From the NCBI GenBank assembly GCA_037446355.1, contig JBBIIT010000003.1, positions 22,751 to 86,750 of the forward strand: 64,000 nt of DNA, written 5' to 3'. Position numbers and translations under genes: made by a program. Each line of letters starts with the position of its first letter. The first letter of the stretch is position 1. This document shows positions 1 to 8,077 of this stretch, piece after piece. This DNA is from Beijerinckiaceae bacterium. GTDB taxonomy: Bacteria; Pseudomonadota; Alphaproteobacteria; Rhizobiales; Beijerinckiaceae. Below the pieces are notes generated by a model, which was not told where the DNA came from, did no database searches, and worked only from the letters and a program-made list of their open reading frames with translations.

Positions 1-621
1 GGCCAGAGCGAACTCGTGGAGGCGCTTTCCGGCCAACGGCCGATACGCCTCGGGCAAATCCTGGTCAGTGACAAGAATTTCGAACCGGTGCGTGCGGATT
101 TCGATCGCTTCAAGGTGTTCGGTTTGCCGGAAGAGCCGCTGAAAAACGCCACTGTGCCTACGATGACGGTGTCAGAGAACATGGCCTTCCGCAAATTCGA
201 CAAGGCGCCGATCTCGAAGTTCGGCTTCTGGTTGTCGCCGGGTCCGATGCGCGCCAAGGCGCGCGATCTCATCGGCCGCTACAACGTCAAGACTCCCTCT
301 ACCGATACGCCCATTCGCGATCTTTCGGGGGGCAACGTCCAGCGCGCGGTGCTGGCGCGCGAACTCTCCGAGGACGTCGACGTTCTCGTCGTCGCCAATC
401 CGTGTTTCGGCCTCGATTTCGCTTCGGTGGCCGACATTCGCGCCCAGATCGTCGAACAGCGCAATCGCGGCGCGGCGGTGTTGCTAGTTTCCGAGGATCT
501 CGACGAGATTCTCGAAATTTCCGATCGCATCGCCGTCATGAGCGAGGGCAAGGTGGTCTATACGATCGACGCGGCGGCCGCGGACCGCACTACCATAGGT
601 CGACACATGGCGGGCCATTGA
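1..621 (+). CDS. Sugar/nucleoside-type ABC transporter ATP-binding protein, C-terminal half (5' end outside the window)
   Basis: The frame is open from base 1 ([11 protein letters not shown]...). It has the signature [15 protein letters not shown], a degenerate Walker B region ([12 protein letters not shown]) and the H-loop region [10 protein letters not shown] typical of the second domain of tandem ABC ATPases. Confidence 0.9.
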   Translation, partial: GQSELVEALSGQRPIRLGQILVSDKNFEPVRADFDRFKVFGLPEEPLKNATVPTMTVSENMAFRKFDKAPISKFGFWLSPGPMRAKARDLIGRYNVKTPSTDTPIRDLSGGNVQRAVLARELSEDVDVLVVANPCFGLDFASVADIRAQIVEQRNRGAAVLLVSEDLDEILEISDRIAVMSEGKVVYTIDAAAADRTTIGRHMAGH

Positions 622-623
622 CG

Positions 624-1286
624 ATGATCGAAGTGCCCGCCGAGCCGTTCGCTTTCGAGTTCACGCCGGAGCGGGCGGCCCTTGTCGTCATCGACATGCA
701 GCGCGATTTTCTCGAGCCAGGCGGCTTCGGGGAGACGCTCGGCAACGATCTGGCGCCGGTGCGCGAAATCGTGCCGACCGTCGCTACGCTGATCCGGCTC
801 TTTCGCGCGCGCCATTGGCCGGTTTTTCATACCCGCGAGGATCACCTGCCCGATCTTTCGGACTGTCCGCCCGCCAAGCGCTTGCGCGGCAAGCCGTCGC
901 TGCGCATCGGCGATCCCGGCCCAATGGGGCGCGTTCTGATCCGTGGCGAGCCTGGGGCCGGCATCGTGTCCGAATGCGCGCCGATCGCGGGCGAGACCGT
1001 GATCGACAAGCCGGGCAAGGGAATGTTCTACGCGACCGACGTCGAAGCGAAACTGAAAGCCTTGGGCGTCGCGCAGCTCGTTTTCGCCGGCGTCACCACG
1101 GAAGTCTGTGTCCAGACCTCTATGCGGGAGGCTAACGATCGCGGTTATGAATGTTTGTTGATCGAGGACGCGACGGCGAGCTACTTTCCCGAGTTCAAGC
1201 AAGCGACGTTGCGGATGATCCGCGCCCAAGGCGCGATCGTCGGTTGGACGACGACGCTGGCCCGGTTCGAGGAGGCATTGGGATGA
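624..1286 (+). CDS. trtA: Cysteine hydrolase (isochorismatase family), triuret hydrolase TrtA-like
   Basis: Catalytic triad motifs IDMQRDF, DKPGKG and TTEVCV are present. [21 protein letters not shown] and GAIVGW match the residues I recall as distinguishing TrtA from biuret hydrolase BiuH. ATG at 624, 2 nt after the ABC stop. Confidence 0.8.
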   Translation: MIEVPAEPFAFEFTPERAALVVIDMQRDFLEPGGFGETLGNDLAPVREIVPTVATLIRLFRARHWPVFHTREDHLPDLSDCPPAKRLRGKPSLRIGDPGPMGRVLIRGEPGAGIVSECAPIAGETVIDKPGKGMFYATDVEAKLKALGVAQLVFAGVTTEVCVQTSMREANDRGYECLLIEDATASYFPEFKQATLRMIRAQGAIVGWTTTLARFEEALG

Positions 1287-1468
1287 GCGGGGAATTCGAC
1301 CCTTATGCGCTAATGGAGGCGATGGCGCCGCTGCTCGGCTTCGATCTCGGGCTCGCAACGCGCGAACAAATCGCCGTGCATCTGCGCATCGCCGCCGAGC
1401 AAGCCGCCAAGCTCCTCAAAGAACCGCTCGACGACGCTGACGAACCGGGCCCGGTTTTCACGGCATGA
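1283..1468 (+). CDS. atzG: AtzG-like (DUF4089) small amidase partner protein
   Basis: 61 aa ending in EPGPVFTA, with ATGA overlaps at both ends. It lies directly upstream of an AtzE-type amidase, the usual position for this family. Confidence 0.7.
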   Translation: MSGEFDPYALMEAMAPLLGFDLGLATREQIAVHLRIAAEQAAKLLKEPLDDADEPGPVFTA

Positions 1469-2868
1469 GTGCGGAGCTGCTCGATCTCAGCGCGGTCGAA
1501 ATCGCGGCGATGGTGATCCGCGGAGAAACCAGCGCGCGCGAGGTGACGCTGGCCGCGCTCGTTCGCATCGAAGCGCGCGACGGCAAGCTCGGCGCCTTCA
1601 CCGACGTCACCGCCGAGCGCGCGCTCGCCAAAGCCGATTCGATTGATGCGCTCCGTGCGCGCGGGGCGCCGCTCGGGCCGCTCGCGGGAGCGCCGTTCGC
1701 GGTCAAGAACCTCTTCGACGTCGCGGGACTGCCGACCCGCGCGGGTTCGAAGATCAATCGCGATCTGCCGGCGGCGCGCGCCGACGCGACGCTCGTGCGC
1801 CGACTGGAGTCCGGCGGCGCCGTCCTGCTCGGCGCGCTCAACATGGGCGAATACGCCTACGATTTCACTGGCGAGAACGCGCACGACGGCCCCTCGCGCA
1901 ATCCGCACGATCTCGCGCATATGTCGGGCGGATCGTCCGGCGGTTCGGGCGCCGCGGTCGCCGGCGGCCTGGTTCCTATCGCGCTCGGTTCGGACACCAA
2001 CGGCTCGATCCGCGTGCCGAGCTCGTTCTGCGGTCTCTTCGGCCTCAAACCGACCTACGGGCGACTTTCGCGCCATGGAACGTTTCCCTTCGTCTCGAGC
2101 TTCGATCACCTCGGCCCGCTCGCGCGCGGCGTCGTCGACCTCGCGCTGAGTTACGACGCGATGCAAGGACGCGACCCCGACGACCCCGCGCAAGCGGACG
2201 TTCCTCCAGCGCCCGCGACGCCGACGCTCGACGAAGGCGTCCGGGGACTGCGCGTCGCCCGACTCGGCGGCTATTTCGCCCGTGGCGGCGATCCCGCGGC
2301 GTTCGAAGCGACCGACCGGGTCGCCAGGGCGCTCGGCGCGGACCGCGTCGTCGAACTCGACGAGGCCGAGCGCGCCCGCGCCGCCGCCTATCTCGTCACC
2401 ATGAGCGAGGGCGCGGCGCTGCACTTCAAACGCCTGCGGACGCGCGCGGGCGATTACGATCCAGACGTGCGTGATCGGCTCATCGCCGGGGCGATGCTGC
2501 CGGGCGCCTGGATCGTGCAGGCACAAAAATTCCGCCGCCGCTTCCGCGAGCAGGCGCTGGCGCTGTTCCGCGACGTCGATCTCCTCATCGCGCCAGCGAC
2601 GCCCTGTCGCGCGCCCAGGATCGGCCAAAAGACTTTCGTGCTGGACGGCAAAGAGGCGCTGGTGCGGCCCAACATCGGCGTCTTCACGCAACCGATTTCG
2701 TTCATCGGCCTGCCCGTTGTCGCCGCGCCGATCTGGAGCGCGGGCGAAGCGCTGCCGATTGGCGTTCAGATCATAGCGGCGCCCTGGCGCGAAGACCTTG
2801 CGTTGCGCGCTGCGCGAGCGCTCGAGCGCGAGGGCGTCGCGAGGGCGCCGATCGCTCGGCTGTCGTGA
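1465..2868 (+). CDS. atzE: AtzE-family amidohydrolase (amidase signature family; 1-carboxybiuret hydrolase-like)
   Basis: AVKNLFDVAG (catalytic Lys), GGSSGGS and GSDTNGSIRVPSSFCG; also LNMGEYAYDFTGEN, characteristic of AtzE. Flanked by atzG-like and atzH-like genes. Confidence 0.85.
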   Translation: MSAELLDLSAVEIAAMVIRGETSAREVTLAALVRIEARDGKLGAFTDVTAERALAKADSIDALRARGAPLGPLAGAPFAVKNLFDVAGLPTRAGSKINRDLPAARADATLVRRLESGGAVLLGALNMGEYAYDFTGENAHDGPSRNPHDLAHMSGGSSGGSGAAVAGGLVPIALGSDTNGSIRVPSSFCGLFGLKPTYGRLSRHGTFPFVSSFDHLGPLARGVVDLALSYDAMQGRDPDDPAQADVPPAPATPTLDEGVRGLRVARLGGYFARGGDPAAFEATDRVARALGADRVVELDEAERARAAAYLVTMSEGAALHFKRLRTRAGDYDPDVRDRLIAGAMLPGAWIVQAQKFRRRFREQALALFRDVDLLIAPATPCRAPRIGQKTFVLDGKEALVRPNIGVFTQPISFIGLPVVAAPIWSAGEALPIGVQIIAAPWREDLALRAARALEREGVARAPIARLS

Positions 2869-2886
2869 GCGGGAGGATCGAGTCGC

Positions 2887-3276
2887 GTGACCATTGACGA
2901 TCCCGCCGTGCTTGCCGAGGTCGAGGCCGCTTTCATCGATTACGAGCGCGCGCTCGTCAGCAACGACGTGGAGGCGCTCGATCGGTTCTTTTTCGCGAGC
3001 GAAGGCGCGGTCCGCTATGGCGTCGGCGAGAACCTCCACGGCTTCTCCGAGATCAAGGCGTTCCGGGCCGCGCGCTTGCCCGTCGGGCTCGCGCGCAGGT
3101 TGGAGAAGACGCGCATCGTGACCTACGGTCGCGATTGCGCGATCGCCGCGACATTGTTCCGCCGCGATTCGGCGCCCGGCAAGATCGGACGGCAGATGCA
3201 GACCTGGGTGCGATTTCCCGAGGGCTGGCGCATCGTCGCCGCGCACGTCAGCCTCATCGACGAGCCGCCGGCATGA
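2887..3276 (+). CDS. atzH: AtzH/HpxZ-like protein (DUF3225, NTF2-like fold)
   Basis: YERALVSNDVEALD, RYGVGENLHG and GRQMQTWVRFPEGWRIVAAHVS motifs. Confidence 0.8.
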   Translation: MTIDDPAVLAEVEAAFIDYERALVSNDVEALDRFFFASEGAVRYGVGENLHGFSEIKAFRAARLPVGLARRLEKTRIVTYGRDCAIAATLFRRDSAPGKIGRQMQTWVRFPEGWRIVAAHVSLIDEPPA

Positions 3277-3404
3277 GCGGAATTCTTTCGGGCGTCATTC
3301 TGTTGCCGCTTGATGGAGCGCCCGCGGGAGATCCCGTCGATATTGTCATTGAAGGAGGCCGTATCGCCGCAATCCTGAGCGCGCGGGTTGCAGCGGCCGT
3401 ATAG
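3273..3404 (+). pseudogene. N-terminal stub (43 aa) of a metal-dependent amidohydrolase
   Basis: ATGA-coupled to atzH. DIVIEGGRIAAI is the typical first beta-segment of amidohydrolase/deaminase proteins. The similarity is lost at about 3390 and the frame stops at 3404. Confidence 0.6.
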
Positions 3405-4134
3405 GCTTTCTGCGTGAAGCGCTGGATCCCGCGCGGGCCGGATATGAAAGAATCGTTCAATGTTGGGCTAGAGCTTTCGCGGGACGATCCCGAAATTGTC
3501 GCCGGCGCGCCGTTCCGCGCGCTCAACGGCTGGCCGGAGCTTCCCGGCTTCCGCGCGACATTGCTCGCCTATTTCGAGGCCTGCTCGGCGCTCGGCGCGA
3601 ACCTTCATCGCGCGTTCGCTCGTGACCTCGCTTTGCCCCTGGACTTTTTCGCCGATAAGTTCGAACGGCCGATGGCGACGCTTGCACTTCCCGGCTCGGC
3701 TCGGGGGCGAAAGGCCGGCGAGCGGCGCCGGCGCACACGCCGATTACGAAAACCAGACCCTGCTCGCGGTCGACCGAGTCGGCGGCCTGGAGGTGCGCAC
3801 GCGATCGGGCGAGTGGATTTCGGCGCCCGTCGTGCAGGGCGCTTTCGTGGTCAATATCGGCGACTGTCTGATGCGCTGGACCAACGACGCTTATGTCTCC
3901 AGCCCGCATCGCGTCGTCAACGACACCTCTCAGGAACGCTATTCCGTCGCGTTTTTCTACGATCCGGACCCCGGGGCGCTGGTCGCCGCTATCCCGTCCT
4001 GCGTACCCAAGGGCGCGGCGCCGCTTTACGCCCCGGTGCTCGCGGCGGAGCATCTGCGGCTCCGGCCGCAAGCGAGCCAGCCATCGGCGGGGACCGGAGT
4101 AGTTCGGATCATTGCTGTCGCGCCCCGGCGATAG
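3395..4134 (+). pseudogene. Isopenicillin N synthase-family 2OG-Fe(II) oxygenase remnant (5'-truncated, frameshifted)
   Basis: Fragments EALDP / PDMKESFNVG / WPELPGFRATLLAYF / RPMATL / LHFP / HADY / GGLEV / VVNIGDCLMRWTN / SSPHRVVN / RYSVAFF fall in different frames. Shifts occur near 3430 and 3680, and the N-terminal domain is absent. Confidence 0.8.
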
Positions 4135-4436
4135 CGAAGTCGAGCGCGAAGCCGTCGTCAAATTGCGTGCGCGCCACCTTCTGCGGCTACCGCACGAACT
4201 GCGGGCAATTCCGGGGATCCAGGACTTTAGGGCGACGGCGAGGTCGTCCGCTTTCGTGCGAGGTCCGCCGCGAGTTCCGGCCGCTCTATAAGAACGCAAC
4301 AAATTCAATCTCATGAGACGGCATTACGAATTCGTTAACACTGATTTACATTGGCCAACTAAATATGCTAGCGATGAGCGACAATGCAAAATGCAAACAA
4401 ATGCCGCGATGGCCAAGGGTCATTTGGGGGCCAGGG

Positions 4437-5756
4437 ATGCGTCGTTCGTCTAGGATTTTGGAAATCGCGGTGCTGGCGAGCGTCAGTTTCGGCGGAACAG
4501 TCGCGGTTCGCGCGCAGAATGCGAGCAATGCCGCGCCGGCCTTTGACTGGACCGGATTTTATATCGGCGGCCACATCGCGGAGGATTTCACCAGCACGCT
4601 TTATAAGCGTCCTTTAGATCCGTCGCTCGCCGACACGACGATCGGCTCGATTGGCGACAAGGCGGGCGTCGGCGCCTCCGTCGGATTTAACTACCAGTTT
4701 TCGCGATGGGGGGTCGTCGGCCTCGAAGCGACGGAAACGTGGATGGACGCGCCAGTGCGCGAACTCGGTTCTTCCAACGATTTTCTTGAACATATCGATT
4801 CTGTCGCGGCCGTGAGCGCGCGCGCGGGCCTGCTCGTTCGGCCGGACACGATGGTGTTCGGTTCGGTCGGGCCGGCTTGGATGCGGGTCAATGGCTTCAA
4901 GGGATTTGGCCAATCGATGAACGCCATCGTGCCCGGCGTTCAGCTCGGCGCGGGCTTCGAGACGTTTATCACTCGCAACGTCTCCCTGCGCGTCGAGGGT
5001 TCATATACCGGCGCCACTCAAGCGCTGGTGTTGAATAATTCCTTCGATCACTACTTGCCGTCGATCCTTCAAGTCCAGTTCGGCGCCGAATATAAGTTCG
5101 ATGCGCCGGGCGGCTGGGGTTTCAAAGACGTCGCCGTATCGGATGCTGTCGGCGCGCCGCCGAAATGGACGGGGTTCGAAGTCGGCGGGTTTGCTTCGGT
5201 GAACGGCAATCAAATGGGGTATTCGGACCTCAACCAGGGTGATTCCGGTCCCTATACCCGGTTCGGGATCGGCGGCGGCGCATTCGTCGGCGCAAACTAC
5301 CAGCTCAACGACCGCTTTGTCGTCGGCGCCGAACTCAGCGGAAACTACAATCATGCGCGCCTAGTGAACGCCGCCGGCACGAACGGCTATCTCGGCCCCC
5401 TCTTCGATTTCGCGACGATCGAGAATTTCATGGCCCTGACCGGACGGGTCGGCGCGCTTCTTTCGCCCGGCACGCTCATCTACGTCAAAGCCGGCGGCGC
5501 CTGGGTCCAGACGACGACCGATTTCGGTTACTGGAACAATGTCGCTCCGAACTCGACAGGTTCGCGGACCATGGGCGGCTATCAGGTCGGTTTGGGCGAT
5601 GAGACTTTTATCACGTCGAACGTGAGCTTGCGGTTCGAGACAATTTACACGCACCCCAGCGGCACGATCAGTTTGAACGGTAGCGTCTTTCCGAACCAAT
5701 TCGCGCTGCGTCCGGCCGTTCTTTCCGCGACCAGCGGCGTAGCCTATCATTTTTGA
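4437..5756 (+). CDS. Outer-membrane protein with two tandem Omp25/RopB-like beta-barrel domains
   Basis: Signal peptide ending AVRA-Q. Two similar halves begin DWTGFYIGG and KWTGFEVGG, each with GxxxGxNYQ, xRxGxL...TxxY and LRxE motifs; terminal YHF. ATG 4437 chosen over upstream in-frame starts. Confidence 0.8.
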   Translation: MRRSSRILEIAVLASVSFGGTVAVRAQNASNAAPAFDWTGFYIGGHIAEDFTSTLYKRPLDPSLADTTIGSIGDKAGVGASVGFNYQFSRWGVVGLEATETWMDAPVRELGSSNDFLEHIDSVAAVSARAGLLVRPDTMVFGSVGPAWMRVNGFKGFGQSMNAIVPGVQLGAGFETFITRNVSLRVEGSYTGATQALVLNNSFDHYLPSILQVQFGAEYKFDAPGGWGFKDVAVSDAVGAPPKWTGFEVGGFASVNGNQMGYSDLNQGDSGPYTRFGIGGGAFVGANYQLNDRFVVGAELSGNYNHARLVNAAGTNGYLGPLFDFATIENFMALTGRVGALLSPGTLIYVKAGGAWVQTTTDFGYWNNVAPNSTGSRTMGGYQVGLGDETFITSNVSLRFETIYTHPSGTISLNGSVFPNQFALRPAVLSATSGVAYHF

Positions 5757-5763
5757 CGGGGTC

Positions 5764-5800
5764 GGCCGAAGTCTGCGCCCGGGCGCTCTGGACTTTGGCC
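5764..5800 (+). terminator. GC-rich stem-loop after the OMP gene (possible terminator or mRNA-stabilising hairpin)
   Basis: GGCCGAAGTC pairs with GACTTTGGCC (one G-U pair) around an inner palindrome GCGCCCGGGCGC; the U-tract is weak. Confidence 0.35.
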
Positions 5801-5880
5801 GTCTTGTGTGCGTTTTCGTGTCGTGACTTTGGTCAATGAGCCGCGCCGCCGCGCACGAAAACTCCGGAGCGAGACTGCCC

Positions 5881-6198
5881 ATGGATAAGACGCCTGCGCC
5901 TTCGGACAGTTCCGCCGTTTCGTCGGATTCGTCGCGGTCCGCCTCCGTGCGTTGGAACGATTCGACGATGGCCACTCACTTCGCAAACGTGGTGAATGTG
6001 CAGAGCACGCGCGAGCAAGTGGACTTGTTTTTTGGCTTGAACCGAACCTGGAACTCCGGTGGCGACGCGCAAGTGACGGTCGATCTGGCGAATCGCATTA
6101 TCCTGACGCCGTTCGCGGCGAAGCGGCTTCTCAGCGTTCTCGGCGGCGTCCTGCGCGAATACGAAGGCCGCTACGGAGCGCTCGATCTCGATCGGTAA
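5881..6198 (+). CDS. DUF3467-family protein
   Basis: STMATHFANVVNVQSTREQVDLFFG and RIILTPFAAKRLLSVL match this family as I recall it; GGAG upstream of ATG 5881. Confidence 0.7.
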   Translation: MDKTPAPSDSSAVSSDSSRSASVRWNDSTMATHFANVVNVQSTREQVDLFFGLNRTWNSGGDAQVTVDLANRIILTPFAAKRLLSVLGGVLREYEGRYGALDLDR

Positions 6199-6204
6199 GC
6201 AGCG

Positions 6205-8070
6205 TTGAACGGCCCTTCGCACAACTGGTCCGAACTGGCGCGGACCGAAGACGCCGGCTCGGCGGCGGGGCGGGACGCCGGATTGTGGAAGCGCCTTGGC
6301 GAGGAAGCCGAACTCGCCGATATCGTCCAAGTCTGGCTGACGTTGCAATGCCAAATGATCGCCGGCGCCGCGCGGGGCGTAGTCTTGCTGCCGGGCGCGG
6401 CCGCGAACAGTTTCGATGTCGCCGCCATATGGCCGGAGGGTTCGGCGCGGTCCTCGACGCTGGCGGAGATCGCGGAACTCGCGCTGCGTGAAAAACGTGG
6501 CGTCGCGGGCGGCGAAGGCGGATCCGGGAGCGGGCAAGTTGCGTTCCCGATTCTGCTCGAGGGGGAGTTGAAGGGCGCGGTCGCCGTGGCGCTGCAAAAC
6601 GCCCGAGGCGACGACCCCAAGAACGCTCTGCGCCAATTGCAGTGGGGGGTCGCTTGGATCCGCGAGAAGCTGGAGCGCCGGCGCGTCGCCGGGTTGGACC
6701 GCCTGCTCGGCAAATCGCGCGCGGCGCTGGACCTGCTGGGCGACGCGCTTGGCCGCGAGGGTTTTGAAGCCGCGGCGATGGCGACGGTCACAGGCCTGGC
6801 GGTCCGCTGCCAATGTTCCCGGGTGAGTCTGGGCGTGCGACGCGGGCATTCGGTCGTAGTGAAGGCCATCTCGCATAGCGCGCAGTTCGGGCGTCGGATG
6901 ATGCTGGTCAGCGGGCTCGCAGCGGCGATGGACGAAGCGCTCGATCAGCGTTGCTTGATCCTTTATCCTGCTCCGGATGAACAGATGCTGGCGACGGCCG
7001 CCCATGCCGAGCTTTCGCGCGCACAGAACGACGGGCATGTCCTGACGATCCCGATGCTCGCCGCGGACAGCTTCGTCGGCGCAATGTCGTTCGAACGCCC
7101 CGCCGACGCGCCCTTCGATCAGAATACGATCGATCTGCTCGAACTCGCGGTGTCGATCGTCGGACCGATTCTGGAGGAGAAGCGTCGCAACGATCGCTGG
7201 CTGATCGCGAAGGCTGGAGAGAGTTTGCGCGTTCAGCTCGCGCGCCTGTTCGGTCCGGGCCATCTCGCGCGCAAGTTGGTCGCGATCGCCTCGATCGCGG
7301 CGGCCCTGTTCCTCTCGCTGGCGCGGTCCGAATACAAGGTCAACGCGGAATCACAGATCGAGGGCCTGATCCGTCGCGCTGTCGTGGCCCCCTATGACGG
7401 CTACATCAAGGACGCGCTGGCGCGCGCCGGCGACAGCGCGAAAGAGGGCGAGGTGCTCGCCGTTCTCGAGGACCGCGACTTGTTGCTCGAACGCCTGAAA
7501 TGGGTGACGGAGCGGCAGCAGCGCCTCTATGAATACGACAAGGCGCTCGCGGCCAGACAACCCGCCGTGGTCAATGTCATTCGAGCGCAAATCGATCAGG
7601 CGGACGCGCAGATCAAGCTGATTGACGAGCAAATCGCGCGCGTCAAACTGCGTTCGCCGATCGACGGTCAGATCGTCTCCGGCGACCTGAGCCAACTGAT
7701 CGGCACGGCGGTTCAGCGCGGACAGACATTGTTCGAGATCGCGCCGTTGGAAGTGTATCGTATCATTCTCGACGTCGACGAACGCGAAGTCGCGGAAATC
7801 GAGCCGGGTCAGCGCGGCCATCTCGTTGTTTCCGCTTTGCCGACGCGCCAGATGCCGTTTGTCGTCGACAAGGTGACGCCGATCGCCGAGGTGCGCGGCG
7901 GCAGAAATGTGTTCCGCGTCGAAGGACGGCTGACCGAAAATCCCCCTGAACTGCGCCCGGGCATGGAAGGCGTCGGAAAGATCGAAATTGGCGAGCGAAA
8001 CATCGCCTGGATCTGGCTGCATCAGTTGATGGACGGGCTGCGTCTGTGGTCGTGGCGCTGGTCGACGTGA
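6205..8070 (+). CDS. GAF-domain-containing HlyD/membrane-fusion protein
   Basis: Two GAF-like segments (VAFPILLEGELKGAVAV; LTIPMLAADSFVGAMSFER), a TM helix (LVAIASIAAALFLSL), a lipoyl half-motif (VVAPYDGYI...GDSAKEGEVL), a coiled coil and LRSPIDGQIVSGDL. TTG start. Confidence 0.85.
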   Translation: MNGPSHNWSELARTEDAGSAAGRDAGLWKRLGEEAELADIVQVWLTLQCQMIAGAARGVVLLPGAAANSFDVAAIWPEGSARSSTLAEIAELALREKRGVAGGEGGSGSGQVAFPILLEGELKGAVAVALQNARGDDPKNALRQLQWGVAWIREKLERRRVAGLDRLLGKSRAALDLLGDALGREGFEAAAMATVTGLAVRCQCSRVSLGVRRGHSVVVKAISHSAQFGRRMMLVSGLAAAMDEALDQRCLILYPAPDEQMLATAAHAELSRAQNDGHVLTIPMLAADSFVGAMSFERPADAPFDQNTIDLLELAVSIVGPILEEKRRNDRWLIAKAGESLRVQLARLFGPGHLARKLVAIASIAAALFLSLARSEYKVNAESQIEGLIRRAVVAPYDGYIKDALARAGDSAKEGEVLAVLEDRDLLLERLKWVTERQQRLYEYDKALAARQPAVVNVIRAQIDQADAQIKLIDEQIARVKLRSPIDGQIVSGDLSQLIGTAVQRGQTLFEIAPLEVYRIILDVDEREVAEIEPGQRGHLVVSALPTRQMPFVVDKVTPIAEVRGGRNVFRVEGRLTENPPELRPGMEGVGKIEIGERNIAWIWLHQLMDGLRLWSWRWST

Positions 8071-8077
8071 GCCCACG

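Noticed and set aside
1-621. ABC ATPase as the missing exporter for the giant protein
   Set aside because: It is an importer-type tandem ATPase coupled to the nitrogen-salvage genes, not an HlyB-like exporter.
1303-3246. 647-aa minus-strand ORF, and similar ones at 5833-7263 and 9158-10390
   Set aside because: They lie antisense to well-supported genes and have no recognisable domain.
4351-4370. Sigma-54-like TGGC...TGC upstream of the OMP gene
   Set aside because: The spacing is GG-N12-GC, not the required N10.
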